A program made the translations under genes and the position numbers. A model generated the notes under the pieces. The model was not told the DNA's origin. It saw nothing but the letters and a program-made list of their open reading frames with translations, and did not search any database. From Takakia lepidozioides (lineage: Eukaryota > Plantae > Bryophyta): a stretch of 64,000 bases of DNA. Shown here in pieces: positions 63,114-64,000 of the stretch (its first letter is position 1; every line of letters starts with the position of its first letter). The stretch is from NCBI GenBank assembly GCA_030704615.1, contig CM060731.1, positions 54,994,001-55,058,000 on the forward strand, in the 5' to 3' direction.

Positions 63114-64000
63114 TGTACCGTACCAAATACGTGGCATTCTATGGGTTAGCCTTAGCACCATAGACAGTTTTTTTTTGGCTTACCCTAGATTGGCGGGGCA
63201 GTATCTTGGAAGAGGTTAATCCCTCATTATAATTGCAGAGTTGTACCCAACTCTTGTAGTTAGAAATGCTTGGCCAATAGGCCCTCTCTAGTACACACCT
63301 ATAAGCTAGTGAGCGCCTCCGCCCCCTTGAGCGCCTTCTGTCCTCGAGGGTGCTTCAGCCCCCATTCCTACTGCTGCCGCTACCCCCGTGGACAGCTGCA
63401 GAAGTATATATAAGGGGAGTAGTGACCCCGAGAACGGTGCAAGCCTGTTGGTGACCAAAAACTAGTGAGTAAGCGAGCGAGCCGGAAAGCGACCAAAGAG
63501 TGAGGAGCTGTTCCGGACTGCCATCTACCAAAGGGAATTCTCCTAGTCCCAAATAGGTGGAGGGTTTAGTGGGAAGCGAAGGGGGACCGTTATGTCCCGG
63601 TGAGCAGCCGAAGCTCCAAGTTGGCCCGGACGGCCAGGTTGGGAGTCAGGTGCGCGCATCAAAACGAGTAACTATGACTTGAAGGGGAGCTCACCGAAGT
63701 GAGGTGCGCGACACTTGTTGTAGTAAGGTATCCATGTGGGAATTAATGACGAAAATACAAAGGAGTATCTCACCCAACATCCTTTAGGTTCGATGTTATC
63801 AAATTTCGCCGTTTGTTACTTCTATTCTCTTGTGTTGCAAATCCACATAATTTTTGTTTGTTTTCAAACTTTGCTAGTATGTTCTACATACCATCTGAGA
63901 GGTCGTGGACAAGTTTGGGATCAACCAAAATTGTCCTTTAGCTGTCTTCAGTCTTAGCCATCTTCTTCAAGTTCCAACAGTGGCTGAGCAGGAAGGAGGC

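Noticed and set aside
63114-63713. Possible solo LTR (TG...GCGCGACA, TATATATAAG at ~63405)
   Set aside because: There is no 5-bp TSD, PBS or second copy in the window.

Overview
This is a eukaryotic land-plant nuclear window. The 5S-like sequence resembles the bryophyte type as I remember it, so a bryophyte is likely. Two spliced host genes frame a TE-rich interval: the 3' exons of a plant LETM1-like gene (+, 395-5537) and five exons of a TruA-family tRNA pseudouridine synthase (-, 45449-57295; 5' exons not located). Between them lie a Mutator-like (MULE) element with a spliced DDE transposase and three palindromic repeat arrays (7.7-13.3 kb), a nest of one Ty3/Gypsy family with extra 5' and 3' ORFs (13.4-36 kb, interrupted by a 500-N gap), and a decayed L1 LINE split by three DNA-transposon-like insertions, one a CACTA (37-43.6 kb). 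The introns of both genes are packed with an RTE/RTE-X-like LINE that inserts at (TC)n/TCT sites and stacks on its own TSDs. Two observations stand out. (1) Two intact ~365-bp TRIMs (50492-50855, 53296-53661) have LTRs that each carry a full tRNA-like Pol III cassette, with a tRNA-iMet PBS, a PPT and 5-bp TSDs (Cassandra/Helenus-type architecture). (2) A complete 5S rRNA copy is fused to the 3' tail of the local LINE (46588-46743, -), a candidate 5S-derived SINE. All assignments come from reading the sequence; no database searches were run.
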